NCBI GenBank assembly: GCA_963169225.1
Contig: CAUJDH010000045.1
Span: forward strand, 1,338 to 65,337
Length of the DNA stretch: 64,000 nt
Direction: 5' to 3'
From: Actinomycetota bacterium
Lineage (GTDB): Bacteria > Actinomycetota > Actinomycetes > S36-B12 > UBA10799
Both the position numbers and the translations under genes were made by a program. Of the stretch, positions 41,014-51,348 are shown piece after piece (within the stretch, counting starts at the first letter, position 1; each line of letters begins with the position of its first letter). A model generated the notes under the pieces. That model was not told the origin of the DNA and made no database searches. It saw nothing but the letters and a program-made list of their open reading frames with translations.

Positions 41014-43524
41014 TTAGATCTTCTCGACCGGTGCGTAACGCAGTAACAGTCGCTTCTTTCCTACTGATCCAAAATCAATTGTGGCGGTTGTCTTATCGCC
41101 TTCGCCCATCAGTTCGATAACCTCACCCATCCCGAATTTGGGATGAATCACGCGCTCACCGACCTCAAGCACGATAGGCGCCTTGTCCTTACGAACCTTG
41201 CGACCTGCCGCCTTAGTAGTGGACGGTGACGAGCCGAATCCCGAACTGTAGGGGCTTTGAGTCGAACTGCGGCGATACTGGTCACCCCTACTCTGCCGGG
41301 AAGGTGCGTAGTCAGATGAACCGTAGCTTGACGAACCGTAGCCAGATCGACTGGAACCGTAGTCATCATCCGAGCTTGAGGATCCGTAGGCCAGATGCGC
41401 TACTTCGCTCTCATCGCGTTTCCAGTTGATCAACTCGTGCGGGATCTCGTCGATGAATCGGCTCGCGGCACTCATCGAAGGCTGACCCCATTGCCGGCGC
41501 ATCACAGCCCGCGACAAGTAGAGCCGCTCTTGCGCGCGAGTCAGTCCGACGTAGGTTAGTCGACGCTCTTCGTCGAGATCATGCTCTTCGATAGACCTCT
41601 GATGCGGCAGAATCCCCTCTTCCATTCCGGTCAGGAACACCGCCGGGAACTCCAAACCCTTTGCCGTGTGCAAGGTCATCAGCGTCACTACTCCGCCTGC
41701 TTCATCAGGGATCTCGTCGGAATCGGCTACGAGGGACACACGTTCTAGGAAGTCTTCGATGTCAGCGTCTGGATAGTCACGCTCAAACTCCGCGCCCACG
41801 GATTCGAGCTCTGCCAAGTTATCGATCCGGGCTTCGTCTTGTGGATCCTTTGAGGCCTCCAACATTTTGCGGTATCCGCTGGCCTCAATGATCAAATGGA
41901 ATAGATCACCAGGGCCAGTCCCCTGATCAAGCTCTTTGGTGAGCGATTCCATCATGGCTGCGAACTGACGGATCGAGTTCAACGAGCGCGGAGCCAACCC
42001 AGCCGACTCGTCGACAGTACGCAGGGCGTCTCCGAACGAGATGCCTCGTTCTGCCGCAAATTGGTCCACTCGATCAAGCGCCGAGTCTCCAATCCCGCGC
42101 CGAGGGGTGTTGATGATGCGGCGCAATGCCACGGTGTCGTGCGGATTCACGACGGCCCGTAGATAAGCGAGGACATCGCGGACTTCTTTGCGCTCATAGA
42201 AACGAACGCCGCCGACGACTTTATAAGGCAGACCAAGTCGAATGAAGACTTCTTCGACGGCTCGCGACTGACCGTTGGTGCGGTAGAAGACCGCAATATC
42301 GCTGGGCTTGAGGTCACCCGCAGCCACGCGATCATTAATCTCATTGGCGATGAACGCTGCCTCGTCGTGCTCGTCATCTGCTACATAACCGGTGATCAAC
42401 TCACCGTGACCCATATCCGACCACAGGTTCTTCTCGCGCCTCGACCGATTGCGCGAAATCACAGCGTTAGCGGCGGACAGGATGTTCTGGGTCGAGCGGT
42501 AGTTCTGCTCGAGGGTGATCACCTTGGCATTGGGGTAGTCCTCTTCGAACTGGTCAATATTGCGGATCGTTGCTCCGCGGAACCCATAGATCGACTGATC
42601 CGAGTCACCCACCACGCAGAGCTCAGCCATGGGAACCTCGGCAACGTCATCAGCTTGTCCGAACGGTTCTTCAGAGAACCCTGTGTCTGAGCCGAACGGT
42701 TCTTCGGAAAACAACGTGTCGTCCGACTTCTGCCACGGTGCAACCGGTGGTGCCGCAGGTGACCCTGATCCCGCGGCCGACACCGGGGAACCTTGAGGTT
42801 CGGCAGATGCGCCAACCAATTCGCGAACCAGAACGTATTGCGCGTGATTAGTGTCTTGGTATTCATCGATCAATACATGTCGGAATCGCTCACGATACTT
42901 AGCCGCCACCTTGGGGAAGCCTTGGAACAAAGCGACGGTGTGTCCGATAAGATCATCGAAATCCACTGCGTTCGATCTTGCCAACCGCGTCTGATATTCG
43001 GCATACACGTCAGCTAGCAGTAGCTCAGTCTGGGTGCCAGCCTCACGCGAGAACTCCTCAACCGTGATCAACTCATTTTTCTTGTTTGAGATCTGACCAG
43101 CCAAATTGCGCGGCGTGAACCGTTTAGAGTCCACGTTCATGTCACTCAAAATATTCTGGATAAGACGCCGCGAATCATCCGCATCGTAGATCGAAAACGA
43201 CGACGACAAGCCCAGGTTCTGCCCTTCGGTACGAAGGATCCGCACACAAGCGGAGTGAAAGGTCGACACTTGCATGGCAGAAGCGCGAGAGCCCACGAGC
43301 TCGATCACTCGCTCGCGCATCTCAGCGGCTGCCTTATTGGTGAAGGTGATGGCCATAATCTGGAACGGCGCAACCCCGCGGTCACGCACGACATAGGCAA
43401 TGCGCCTAGTGAGGACCCGAGTCTTACCCGAACCGGCACCCGCAACAACGAGGAGGGGCGATCCGGCATGAGTGACGGCAGCACGCTGCGAGTCGTTGAG
43501 TCCGTCAAGAAGTGGGTCAGTCAC
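41014..43524 (-). CDS. pcrA: ATP-dependent DNA helicase PcrA/UvrD
   Basis: Walker A GAGSGKT, DEYQDTN, VGDSDQSIYGFRGA and a C-terminal Tudor-like domain. It carries two low-complexity insertions. Confidence 0.93.
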   Translation of the reverse strand: MTDPLLDGLNDSQRAAVTHAGSPLLVVAGAGSGKTRVLTRRIAYVVRDRGVAPFQIMAITFTNKAAAEMRERVIELVGSRASAMQVSTFHSACVRILRTEGQNLGLSSSFSIYDADDSRRLIQNILSDMNVDSKRFTPRNLAGQISNKKNELITVEEFSREAGTQTELLLADVYAEYQTRLARSNAVDFDDLIGHTVALFQGFPKVAAKYRERFRHVLIDEYQDTNHAQYVLVRELVGASAEPQGSPVSAAGSGSPAAPPVAPWQKSDDTLFSEEPFGSDTGFSEEPFGQADDVAEVPMAELCVVGDSDQSIYGFRGATIRNIDQFEEDYPNAKVITLEQNYRSTQNILSAANAVISRNRSRREKNLWSDMGHGELITGYVADDEHDEAAFIANEINDRVAAGDLKPSDIAVFYRTNGQSRAVEEVFIRLGLPYKVVGGVRFYERKEVRDVLAYLRAVVNPHDTVALRRIINTPRRGIGDSALDRVDQFAAERGISFGDALRTVDESAGLAPRSLNSIRQFAAMMESLTKELDQGTGPGDLFHLIIEASGYRKMLEASKDPQDEARIDNLAELESVGAEFERDYPDADIEDFLERVSLVADSDEIPDEAGGVVTLMTLHTAKGLEFPAVFLTGMEEGILPHQRSIEEHDLDEERRLTYVGLTRAQERLYLSRAVMRRQWGQPSMSAASRFIDEIPHELINWKRDESEVAHLAYGSSSSDDDYGSSRSGYGSSSYGSSDYAPSRQSRGDQYRRSSTQSPYSSGFGSSPSTTKAAGRKVRKDKAPIVLEVGERVIHPKFGMGEVIELMGEGDKTTATIDFGSVGKKRLLLRYAPVEKI

Positions 43525-43585
43525 TTGGCCATCCTAAGCGGGACATCTGACATCGATGACTAGGGTCATATGCGAGTATCAAACT

Positions 43586-43945
43586 ATGTCGTTTATTTTC
43601 AACATCGTCCTCGTCCTCCACTTTCTCGGCCTCGCTTCACTGATCGGCGGCTTCCTCGTTCAGATCAAAACCAAACCGCGCGAAGTCAATACCGCGATGT
43701 TCCACGGTGTACTCACTCAGATCGTCACAGGCATCATCATGGTCGGTCTCATGTACCCGCTGCATGCATCAGACCCAACAAGCCCGCTGCCCAATAACCT
43801 CAAGATTGCGATCAAACTGTCCGTAGCCGTGGTTGTGCTGATCATTATCTTGGCGAACCGCAAGAAGAAGTCGATTAGCGACGGAACCTGGGCTGCTATC
43901 GGCGGACTATCGATCCTCGACGTGATCGTCGCGGTATTCGTCTAG
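43586..43945 (+). CDS. small integral membrane protein (4 TM), function unknown
   Basis: The hydrophobic profile begins at MSFIFNIVLVLHFLGL. The listed ORF starts 30 nt earlier. Confidence 0.45.
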   Translation: MSFIFNIVLVLHFLGLASLIGGFLVQIKTKPREVNTAMFHGVLTQIVTGIIMVGLMYPLHASDPTSPLPNNLKIAIKLSVAVVVLIIILANRKKKSISDGTWAAIGGLSILDVIVAVFV

Positions 43946-43950
43946 CTGCG

Positions 43951-43992
43951 GCAACTTTTGGCTAGCTCGCAGGGCAGCTAGCCAAAAGTTGC
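43951..43992. terminator. 16-bp perfect hairpin between convergent genes
   Basis: GCAACTTTTGGCTAGC (43951-43966), a 10-nt loop, then GCTAGCCAAAAGTTGC (43977-43992). Confidence 0.55.
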
Positions 43993-44034
43993 GGTGCATT
44001 TCTGCACTTATAGACAAGAAATCTACCGCAACTT
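43986..44034 (-). repeat. copy A of a short dispersed element (17-bp imperfect stem with a conserved 15-nt loop TGCACTTATAGACAA)
   Basis: 44002-44034 matches 57049-57081 at 31 of 33 positions. Copy A starts 12 nt downstream of the guaA stop. Confidence 0.6.
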
Positions 44035-44045
44035 TCAGTTAGCCA

Positions 44046-45620
44046 CTACTCCCACTCGATGGTGCCTGGTGGCTTGCTCGTGACGTCTAGAGTCACACGG
44101 TTGATCTCGGGAACCTCGTTGGTGATCCGGGTGGAGATCTTGGCCAGCACGTCGTAGGGCAGTCGAGCCCAATCCGCCGTCATCGCGTCCTCGCTAGCGA
44201 CCGGCCGCAACACCACCGGGTGGCCATAGGTACGTCCATCGCCCTGGACACCGACCGAACGAACGTCGGCGAGCAAAACGACCGGGAATTGCCAGATCTC
44301 ACCGTCAAGACCTGCTGCGGTCAACTCTTCGCGTGCAACAGCATCCGCCGCGCGAAGGATGCGCAAGCGTTCCTCATCTACCGAGCCGATAATACGAATC
44401 GCTAAGCCCGGGCCTGGGAATGGATGACGCCAAATAATCTCTGGCGGAAGCCCTAGATTGAGCCCAACCTGACGAACCTCGTCTTTGAAAAGATCACGCA
44501 GGGGTTCGCACAGCTCGAACTCAAGATCGTCTGGAAGGCCGCCCACATTGTGGTGACTCTTGATGTTGGCTGCACCGGTTCCACCACCGGACTCGACCAC
44601 GTCCGGGTATAGCGTGCCTTGGACGAGGTATTTGACCTCTCCGTCTGCGTCGCCTGCCTCGGCCACTACCTCGCGCGCGGCCTCCTCGAAGACGCGGATG
44701 AACTCTCGACCAATAATCTTCCGCTTGGTCTCTGGGTCTGACACATCTTCCAGCGCGTTCAAGAACCGCTCTTGCGCATTAACGATCTTGAGCTTGGCAC
44801 CGGTTGCGGCAACAAAATCAGTCTCTACCTGCTCGTGTTCACCTTCGCGCAACAGACCGTGATCAACAAAAACACAAGTAAGTTGGTCACCCACAGCTTT
44901 TTGGACCAAAGCCGCTGCGACAGCAGAATCGACACCGCCAGACAAACCACAGATCACTTGGTCATCACCGATCTGCGCTTTGATCTTGTCAACTTCGTCA
45001 GAGATGAAGTTTGCAGTAGTCCAGTCTTGCTCCAGACCCGCAATGTCCCAGAGAAATCGCTCAATGATTCGCTGGCCCTCAATGGTGTGTGCCACCTCGG
45101 GATGGAATTGCACACCGGCACACTGACGCTCCACGCTCTCGAATGCTGCGACTGGTGCGCCCCCTGTCGAAGCCGTCACCACGAAACCGTCAGGTGCCGC
45201 AGTCACTGCATCGCCATGAGACATCCACACGGTGGAGTCAGCGCCACGTTCGGCCAACAACACCGATTCAGACGATTCAAGGTCTAGGTCGGTGCGGCCA
45301 TACTCCTTGCCACCAGTATTGGCGACAGTTCCGCCCAGCGCAGCAGTCATAGCCTGGAATCCGTAACAGATCCCCAACACAGGAATACCAAGATCAAAAA
45401 GCCCCGGATCAACCTGTGGTGCGCCGGCTTCGTACACGCTCGACGGACCGCCAGAGAGAATCACGGCGGCTGGCTTTCGGGCAGCCAACTCGTCGACTGA
45501 GATCGTGTGGGGGACGACTTCGGAGTAGACGTTGGCCTCGCGAACGCGACGCGCAATCAACTGCGCATACTGTGCGCCAAAGTCGAGGACAAGAACGGTT
45601 TGATGATCACCAGTGCTCAT
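44046..45620 (-). CDS. guaA: glutamine-hydrolyzing GMP synthase
   Basis: GATase ICYGFQ and the ATP-PPase motif SGGVDS. C-terminus ends GTIEWE. Confidence 0.97.
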   Translation of the reverse strand: MSTGDHQTVLVLDFGAQYAQLIARRVREANVYSEVVPHTISVDELAARKPAAVILSGGPSSVYEAGAPQVDPGLFDLGIPVLGICYGFQAMTAALGGTVANTGGKEYGRTDLDLESSESVLLAERGADSTVWMSHGDAVTAAPDGFVVTASTGGAPVAAFESVERQCAGVQFHPEVAHTIEGQRIIERFLWDIAGLEQDWTTANFISDEVDKIKAQIGDDQVICGLSGGVDSAVAAALVQKAVGDQLTCVFVDHGLLREGEHEQVETDFVAATGAKLKIVNAQERFLNALEDVSDPETKRKIIGREFIRVFEEAAREVVAEAGDADGEVKYLVQGTLYPDVVESGGGTGAANIKSHHNVGGLPDDLEFELCEPLRDLFKDEVRQVGLNLGLPPEIIWRHPFPGPGLAIRIIGSVDEERLRILRAADAVAREELTAAGLDGEIWQFPVVLLADVRSVGVQGDGRTYGHPVVLRPVASEDAMTADWARLPYDVLAKISTRITNEVPEINRVTLDVTSKPPGTIEWE

Positions 45621-45695
45621 CTGACCAGTCTAAGGCAGGCGTGACCTTGTGACTGGCGAACTACCTAGCGATTCCCGTTTGAGACCACCGACACT

Positions 45696-46602
45696 CTAAC
45701 CAACACGGTAATTGCGAGACTTCTGGAACGCTTTGAATGCCGTGGTCGCTGGTGCCTTCCACATCACCTTGGCAATGGACTGGAACCCGCGGCCCTGGAT
45801 AACCATTTGACCCTTGAGGCTCTGCGTCTTCTTCGCGGGATTTACTGGCTTCGTTATTGGACCGAGCTGGTTCGTCGAAGCGGAATCAGAGTCAATGTCG
45901 TTAGTTCCCGTCACCACAACTAGGATCTTGGCGCCGACCATATCTGCCGTGAGCTTGAGGCTAGCGCCGTCTTCGTTGAGGGTCTTCCAACCGCCATCAC
46001 CACACGAAGGCGCATCACAAAGCATCCATTGATACGTGAACGTCGGTGCGGGGTAGCCGGTCCAAGTACCCTTGTCGACGGTCAGAGTCTCTCCCACCTG
46101 AGGCGTTCCCGACAAGGTCGGCGCGACGGTGTTGACCAGAGCACTACCGCCGATCTGGGCCGTTGGATCTGAAAATGCGTTCGCGGTTGGGCCAACGATA
46201 TTACTGGCCTGGCCAGTAACCCGGAGGTACTTCCCATAGTCATCAGCAGTCACAACGCGACTGTTGGTAATCCCAGGAGATGGTGACGGAACAATCGCCG
46301 CCAACAAAGATCTCAACTTCATCCAAAGAACTCACGTCAATAACGGCATTTGTCACTTTGCAACCGCTGCCACCAACGACGGAACTAACTCCACCGCCAC
46401 CGCCGCCTATTGCTTCTACGGTGATTTCAGTTACTCCAGAAGGAACGTCAAAAGTGTGCGAACCGGGTGTAGAAAACGAAGCTTCCGCCGCCGCGGCAGG
46501 AGATACCGATACCGCAACCAAACCCACCGCTACCAAGCTGAGGGATGCACCGAGCGAAATGATCTTGCGGGAAAAAGTCGAGGTACGAGTTGGACGAGTC
46601 AT
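45696..46602 (-). pseudogene. secreted glycine-rich-domain / Ig-like-repeat surface protein, frameshifted
   Basis: Good signal peptide (…VAVSVSPAAAAEA), then FSTPGSHTFDVPSGVTEITVEAIGGGGGG. That frame ends at 46243, and the rest (…PTLSGTPQVGETLTVDKGTWTG…YQW) continues in another frame from about 46322. Confidence 0.6.
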
Positions 46603-46667
46603 GTATCAACGAATATCAACAGCTCCGTTGACAAACAATCTGGAATCACGCCAAATTGGTACGTTTG

Positions 46668-46688
46668 TTTGCGCAATTTTTGCGCAAA
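46668..46688 (-). terminator. 9-bp perfect hairpin (TTTGCGCAA-TTT-TTGCGCAAA) downstream of the GMC oxidoreductase gene
   Basis: Lies 50 nt after the stop at 46738. AT-rich flanks. Confidence 0.4.
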
Positions 46689-46737
46689 TCGCTGCAACTA
46701 ATTCGATAGCACCAAAGGAACTACTAGCGAATATCTG

Positions 46738-48588
46738 TTAGCTAACCTCAATGATCGGCAACCGCAGTGCTCCCGGCGCAGCCTCCGGAACCACAGGACT
46801 ATTCGGCTTCACCGTTGACACTCGGCGATAGTTCTCACCAAGCGCCGGACGCGGATCCTCCTCGCCCTTATTCGGCCAGAACGACATGGCACGCTCGGCC
46901 TGCGCAGTAATCGTCAGTGACGGGTTCACACCAAGGTTTGCCGACACGGTGGCGCCATCGACCACATGGAGTCCGTCATAACCAAAAGCTCGGTGATAAG
47001 CGTCGACTACTCCGGATTCGGACGAGTCACCAATGCAGACTCCACCAACAAAATGTGCGGTCATATTGGTTCCGATCACATCGCCCATATTGCCTGCGGC
47101 GCGACCGTTGATCTTGTCGGCCATGATCCGAACCGCCTTATTTGCGGCGGGGATCCAAGTCGGATTAGGCGTGCCACCTTGTTGGCTCGTCATCTTCCAA
47201 CGACCGAACAGCCCTCGCTTGCCTTTGACCGTTACCGAATTGTCGGCAGTCTGCATAACAAGAGCGATGATTCCGCGCTGTGACCACTGGTGAACGTTGA
47301 GATTCTTGGCAGCTTCAACTGGGTTCTTAGCAACCTGCTTAGCCCATACCTTCCAACGCGGCACGCCATCTTCGCCATCTGTCAGAATCGTCGTCAGCAG
47401 ACCCATCGCATTAGAACCCTTGCCGTAGCGCACTGGTTCGATGTGGGTGCCTGGCTCTGGGTAGAAGCTCGATGTAATGGCCACCCCTTCCGAATAGTCG
47501 ATCCCCTCTTTGAGCCCCGACTCAGGTCCGATAGCGCCAAGTAGCGACTCGGAGTTAGTACGAGATAGATGGCCGAGCGTCGGCGACAATCGCGGCAATT
47601 TGCCCGTGTCACGCATGCGGTGGAGCAGTCGTTGAGTGTTGAACGCACCAGCTGCCACGACAATTTGGTCAGCAGTCAAAGTACGACGACCGGCGCCAAA
47701 CCACGTGCCAGATTTTTCTACCTCAACCGTCCAGGTTCCAGTCCCAGACTGTTCAAAGCCAGTCACCGTGGTCAGTGGATGAACAGTCGCACCGGCACTC
47801 TCAGCTAAGCCGAGATAGTTCTTGGGCAGGGTGTTCTTAGCATTGTGGCGACAACCGGTCATACATTCGCCACATTCAATACATGCCTTTCGATTAGGAC
47901 CAACGCCACCAAAGAATGGGTCCTCAATGTCTTCACCAGGATTGTCACCGAAGAGCACACCGACCGGCGTCAACGAGAAGGTGTCTCCCACTCCCATATC
48001 GTCGGCCACAGACTTCATTACTTTGTCGGCCGCAGTAACGGTTGGATTAATGCGAACTCCAAGCATGCGCTTGGCCTGCTCGTAATAAGGGGCAAGCTCT
48101 TCTTTCCAGTCAGCGATGTGACCCCATTGTTGATCTTCGAAGAACTTGTCCGGCGGCACGTACAGCGTGTTCGCGTAAACGAGTGAACCGCCGCCCACGC
48201 CAGCGCCTGCCAGAACCATGACATCCTTGAGAACGTGGATACGCTGGATCCCTTTAAGTCCCAGCTTGGGTGCCCACAGAAATTTGTTGAGTCGCCATGA
48301 AGTCTTGGCGAAGTCCTCGTCATTGAAACGCCGGCCAGCCTCCAAAACACCAACGCGATAGCCCTTTTCAGTCAGTCGCAGGGCCGTGACTGACCCGCCA
48401 AAACCCGAACCGATGACCAGCACATCGTAATGATCTTGATTAGCTCTGCTTGAGTCGGTTTGGCCTGGGCCAACTGACACCGCATCAGTCTTACCCGGGA
48501 ACTTGCGGGCATTGTTACGCTTTGCGGTAAGCGCGACTGCTCCGGCCACGATCCCCGCAGCCACGAGTGAACGCGTGAGCGCACCCAT
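46738..48588 (-). CDS. GMC-family FAD oxidoreductase (cholesterol-oxidase/ChoD-like)
   Basis: YDVLVIGSGFGGSVTALRL FAD motif and an N-terminal TM helix. I chose the start at ATG 48588, 2 nt after the upstream stop. Confidence 0.82.
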   Translation of the reverse strand: MGALTRSLVAAGIVAGAVALTAKRNNARKFPGKTDAVSVGPGQTDSSRANQDHYDVLVIGSGFGGSVTALRLTEKGYRVGVLEAGRRFNDEDFAKTSWRLNKFLWAPKLGLKGIQRIHVLKDVMVLAGAGVGGGSLVYANTLYVPPDKFFEDQQWGHIADWKEELAPYYEQAKRMLGVRINPTVTAADKVMKSVADDMGVGDTFSLTPVGVLFGDNPGEDIEDPFFGGVGPNRKACIECGECMTGCRHNAKNTLPKNYLGLAESAGATVHPLTTVTGFEQSGTGTWTVEVEKSGTWFGAGRRTLTADQIVVAAGAFNTQRLLHRMRDTGKLPRLSPTLGHLSRTNSESLLGAIGPESGLKEGIDYSEGVAITSSFYPEPGTHIEPVRYGKGSNAMGLLTTILTDGEDGVPRWKVWAKQVAKNPVEAAKNLNVHQWSQRGIIALVMQTADNSVTVKGKRGLFGRWKMTSQQGGTPNPTWIPAANKAVRIMADKINGRAAGNMGDVIGTNMTAHFVGGVCIGDSSESGVVDAYHRAFGYDGLHVVDGATVSANLGVNPSLTITAQAERAMSFWPNKGEEDPRPALGENYRRVSTVKPNSPVVPEAAPGALRLPIIEVS

Positions 48589-48590
48589 GA

Positions 48591-50195
48591 CTATTTGAAG
48601 CCCAAATTCTTGAGGACTTTCATACCAAGAGTGAGCGCATCGGCCCACTGTTCATCCGAGAAGTGCATCGGGCCCTTCTCAGGCTTGCCGAATCCTTGTA
48701 GCCGTTGCGTGGCAACTGTCTGAGCCTCTGTGTACTTGAGTAGACCTCCCGAGCCATGACGACGACCGAGACCGGATTGCTTAAATCCGCCCATCGGAAA
48801 GTCAAGGGATCCCCAACCAGCCGCATATGCCTCGTTGACGTTGACCGTGCCTGCCTGAAGCTGCTGACCGATTTGGTTGCCTCGTTTGGTGTTACGTGTG
48901 ATCACTGCTGCATTGAGGCCGTAGTCACTGTCGTTGGCTAAGCGGATAGCTTCTTCCTCGGACCGGAACGTGTAGACACTGACCACCGGTCCGAACGTCT
49001 CGTTAACGCAGCATTCCATCTCAGGAGTCACACCTTCAAGCAAGGTGGGTTCGAAGAAAAATGGGCCTTTGTCGGGTCGTGGCGAACCTCCCGCCAAAAC
49101 AGTGGCTCCCTTGGAAACGGCATCGTCCACGTGGCGCTTGACCGTGTTCAATTGCTTCTCGTTGATCAGCGAACCAATCCCTTGGCCCCAAGAAAAATCA
49201 TTGCGGAATTCGAGACGCAGGATCCGCTCGACAAAAGCGTCCACAAATTGATCGCGAATACTCTCGTGTATGTAGATCCGTTCCATCGAAATACATAGCT
49301 GGCCAGCGTTCGACCAGCAGGCACGCTCGGCGATTTCAACCGCACGCTCAATGTCCGCGTCCTCGCACACAATCATGGCGTTCTTGCCACCGAGCTCCAT
49401 CGAGCATCCGATCAGGCGCTCGCCACATTGCGCAGCCACGAGTCGACCCACACCGGTTGAACCAGTGAACATAACGTAGTCGGCCCGGCTAGTGATCTCC
49501 GGGCCTAGCACCGCACCCTCACCGGCGACTGCACCGATCAAGCCCTCGGGAACGCCAGCCTCGGCCAGTAAGTCGATTGCCCACAGTGCGCTCAAAGTTG
49601 TTTGCGAGTCTGGCTTAGTCACGGCACCATTGCCTGCGATCAGCATCGGGATGATGTCGCTGATCCCGAGCGTCAACGGATAGTTCCAGGGCGAGATAAC
49701 ACCCACCACGCCGACCGGATGGTGGTACTCGACTGCGCGCGTGAGCACTGGGAATGCGCCACCACCCTTGCGGGGTTTGAGTGCCGACCCCGCGATCCGC
49801 GCGTAGTAGCGCGAGGTCATAGCAACATCGAGCACCTCTTCGAGCGCATGGAGCCTAGCCTTGCCTGTCTCAAGCTGAATGATGTCGAGGATCTCGTCAC
49901 GACGTTCCAATACCAAGTCATGGAAGCGCAAGATCACTTCGCATCGCTTCTTCAAGGAAGTCTTCGACCAGAGCTCTTGTGCCCGGCGCGACACGTGGAA
50001 AGCCAATTCAACAGCTTCAGAATCAGCGACCGGAAGACGCGTGATCAACTCACCATTCCAGGGTGCCGTGGCATCCAGATAGGTCGGATCGAGCGGATGG
50101 GTCAAATGACGAAGTAGCGACTGAATCTTGTCTTGGCTTACGTTCGCAGCATTGAGCGAATCAATCGCGTTCAGACCTTCGAGGGTTTGCGGCAT
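48591..50195 (-). CDS. NAD(P)-dependent aldehyde dehydrogenase
   Basis: ELGGKN and the catalytic Cys context AGQLCISMERIY. 534 aa. Confidence 0.88.
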   Translation of the reverse strand: MPQTLEGLNAIDSLNAANVSQDKIQSLLRHLTHPLDPTYLDATAPWNGELITRLPVADSEAVELAFHVSRRAQELWSKTSLKKRCEVILRFHDLVLERRDEILDIIQLETGKARLHALEEVLDVAMTSRYYARIAGSALKPRKGGGAFPVLTRAVEYHHPVGVVGVISPWNYPLTLGISDIIPMLIAGNGAVTKPDSQTTLSALWAIDLLAEAGVPEGLIGAVAGEGAVLGPEITSRADYVMFTGSTGVGRLVAAQCGERLIGCSMELGGKNAMIVCEDADIERAVEIAERACWSNAGQLCISMERIYIHESIRDQFVDAFVERILRLEFRNDFSWGQGIGSLINEKQLNTVKRHVDDAVSKGATVLAGGSPRPDKGPFFFEPTLLEGVTPEMECCVNETFGPVVSVYTFRSEEEAIRLANDSDYGLNAAVITRNTKRGNQIGQQLQAGTVNVNEAYAAGWGSLDFPMGGFKQSGLGRRHGSGGLLKYTEAQTVATQRLQGFGKPEKGPMHFSDEQWADALTLGMKVLKNLGFK

Positions 50196-50232
50196 GCCCC
50201 TAGCCTAATGTCGCCAAGCGAAGTCAGCAATC

Positions 50233-51348
50233 TTAAATATCAACGATTACTTCTACCCGCTGGAATTCTTTGAGGTCAAGGTAGCCACAAGTAGCCATTG
50301 ATCGGCGAAGTGCACCACATAGGTTCATCGTGCCGTCACTCACCGAAGACGGTCCGAACAGGACCTCTTCAATGCTTCCGACCTGACCGAGCGAGACAAC
50401 CTCACCTCGTGGCAGATCCGGATGAGCGGCCTCCATACCCCAGTGCACTCCTTGACCTGGCGAATCCAAAGCCTTAGCCAACGGAGAACCGACCATGACG
50501 GCATCTGCTCCACAAGCGATCGCCTTGACGATCGCGCCGCTGGTTCCCATAGCTCCGTCGGCAATAACACTGACGTAGCGGCCGCCGGACTCGTCCAAAT
50601 AATCGCGACGAGCCGCTGCAACATCCGCGACGGCCGAAGCCATCGGTACGCGGATGCCGAGCACATCGTGGGTCGTGTGGGTGGCACCACCGCCGAAGCC
50701 GACGAGTACACCAGCAGCTCCGGCACGCATGAGGTGCAAGGCCGCGCGGTAAGTCGCGCATCCGCCAACAATCACGGGCACGTCAAGGTCGTAGATGAAC
50801 TGCTTGAGATTGAGCGGCGCACCCTCGGAGGTCACATACTCTGCACTCACGGTCGTTCCACGGATCACGAAAATGTCGACGCCTGCACTCGTCACGACCT
50901 CCGCAAGATCAACTGTCTTCTGCGGAGACAACGAACCAGCCACCGTGATTCCGGCGTCGCGCAGCTCCTTGATGCGTGCGGTCACCAAATCGGGGTCGAC
51001 TGGCTGGTTGTAGAGCTCCTGCAGGTGGCGAACCGTCACACCTTGGGATTCGCCTGCGCCACGCACTGCCTCGAGTGCTTTGGCTGGATCCTCATAACGA
51101 GTCCACAAGCCCTCCAGGTTGAGGACCGCGAGTCCACCGAGCTTGCCAAAGGTCGCAGCCGAAGCCGGCGACATGACCGAGTCCATAGGAGCCGCCACGA
51201 TCGGATGTTCGAAGCGGTAAGCATCGATCTGCCAGTTCAGCGAGACATCATGCGGGTCACGCGTGCGGCGGCTGGGTGCGATGGCGATGTCATCCAAGGT
51301 GTACGCCTCGCGGGCACGCTTGGCCAAGCCGATCTCGATGTTGTTCAT
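50233..51348 (-). CDS. GuaB3-family IMP dehydrogenase-related protein (no CBS pair)
   Basis: IMPDH TIM-barrel without the CBS subdomain. Adjacent to guaB, as in mycobacteria. Confidence 0.85.
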   Translation of the reverse strand: MNNIEIGLAKRAREAYTLDDIAIAPSRRTRDPHDVSLNWQIDAYRFEHPIVAAPMDSVMSPASAATFGKLGGLAVLNLEGLWTRYEDPAKALEAVRGAGESQGVTVRHLQELYNQPVDPDLVTARIKELRDAGITVAGSLSPQKTVDLAEVVTSAGVDIFVIRGTTVSAEYVTSEGAPLNLKQFIYDLDVPVIVGGCATYRAALHLMRAGAAGVLVGFGGGATHTTHDVLGIRVPMASAVADVAAARRDYLDESGGRYVSVIADGAMGTSGAIVKAIACGADAVMVGSPLAKALDSPGQGVHWGMEAAHPDLPRGEVVSLGQVGSIEEVLFGPSSVSDGTMNLCGALRRSMATCGYLDLKEFQRVEVIVDI

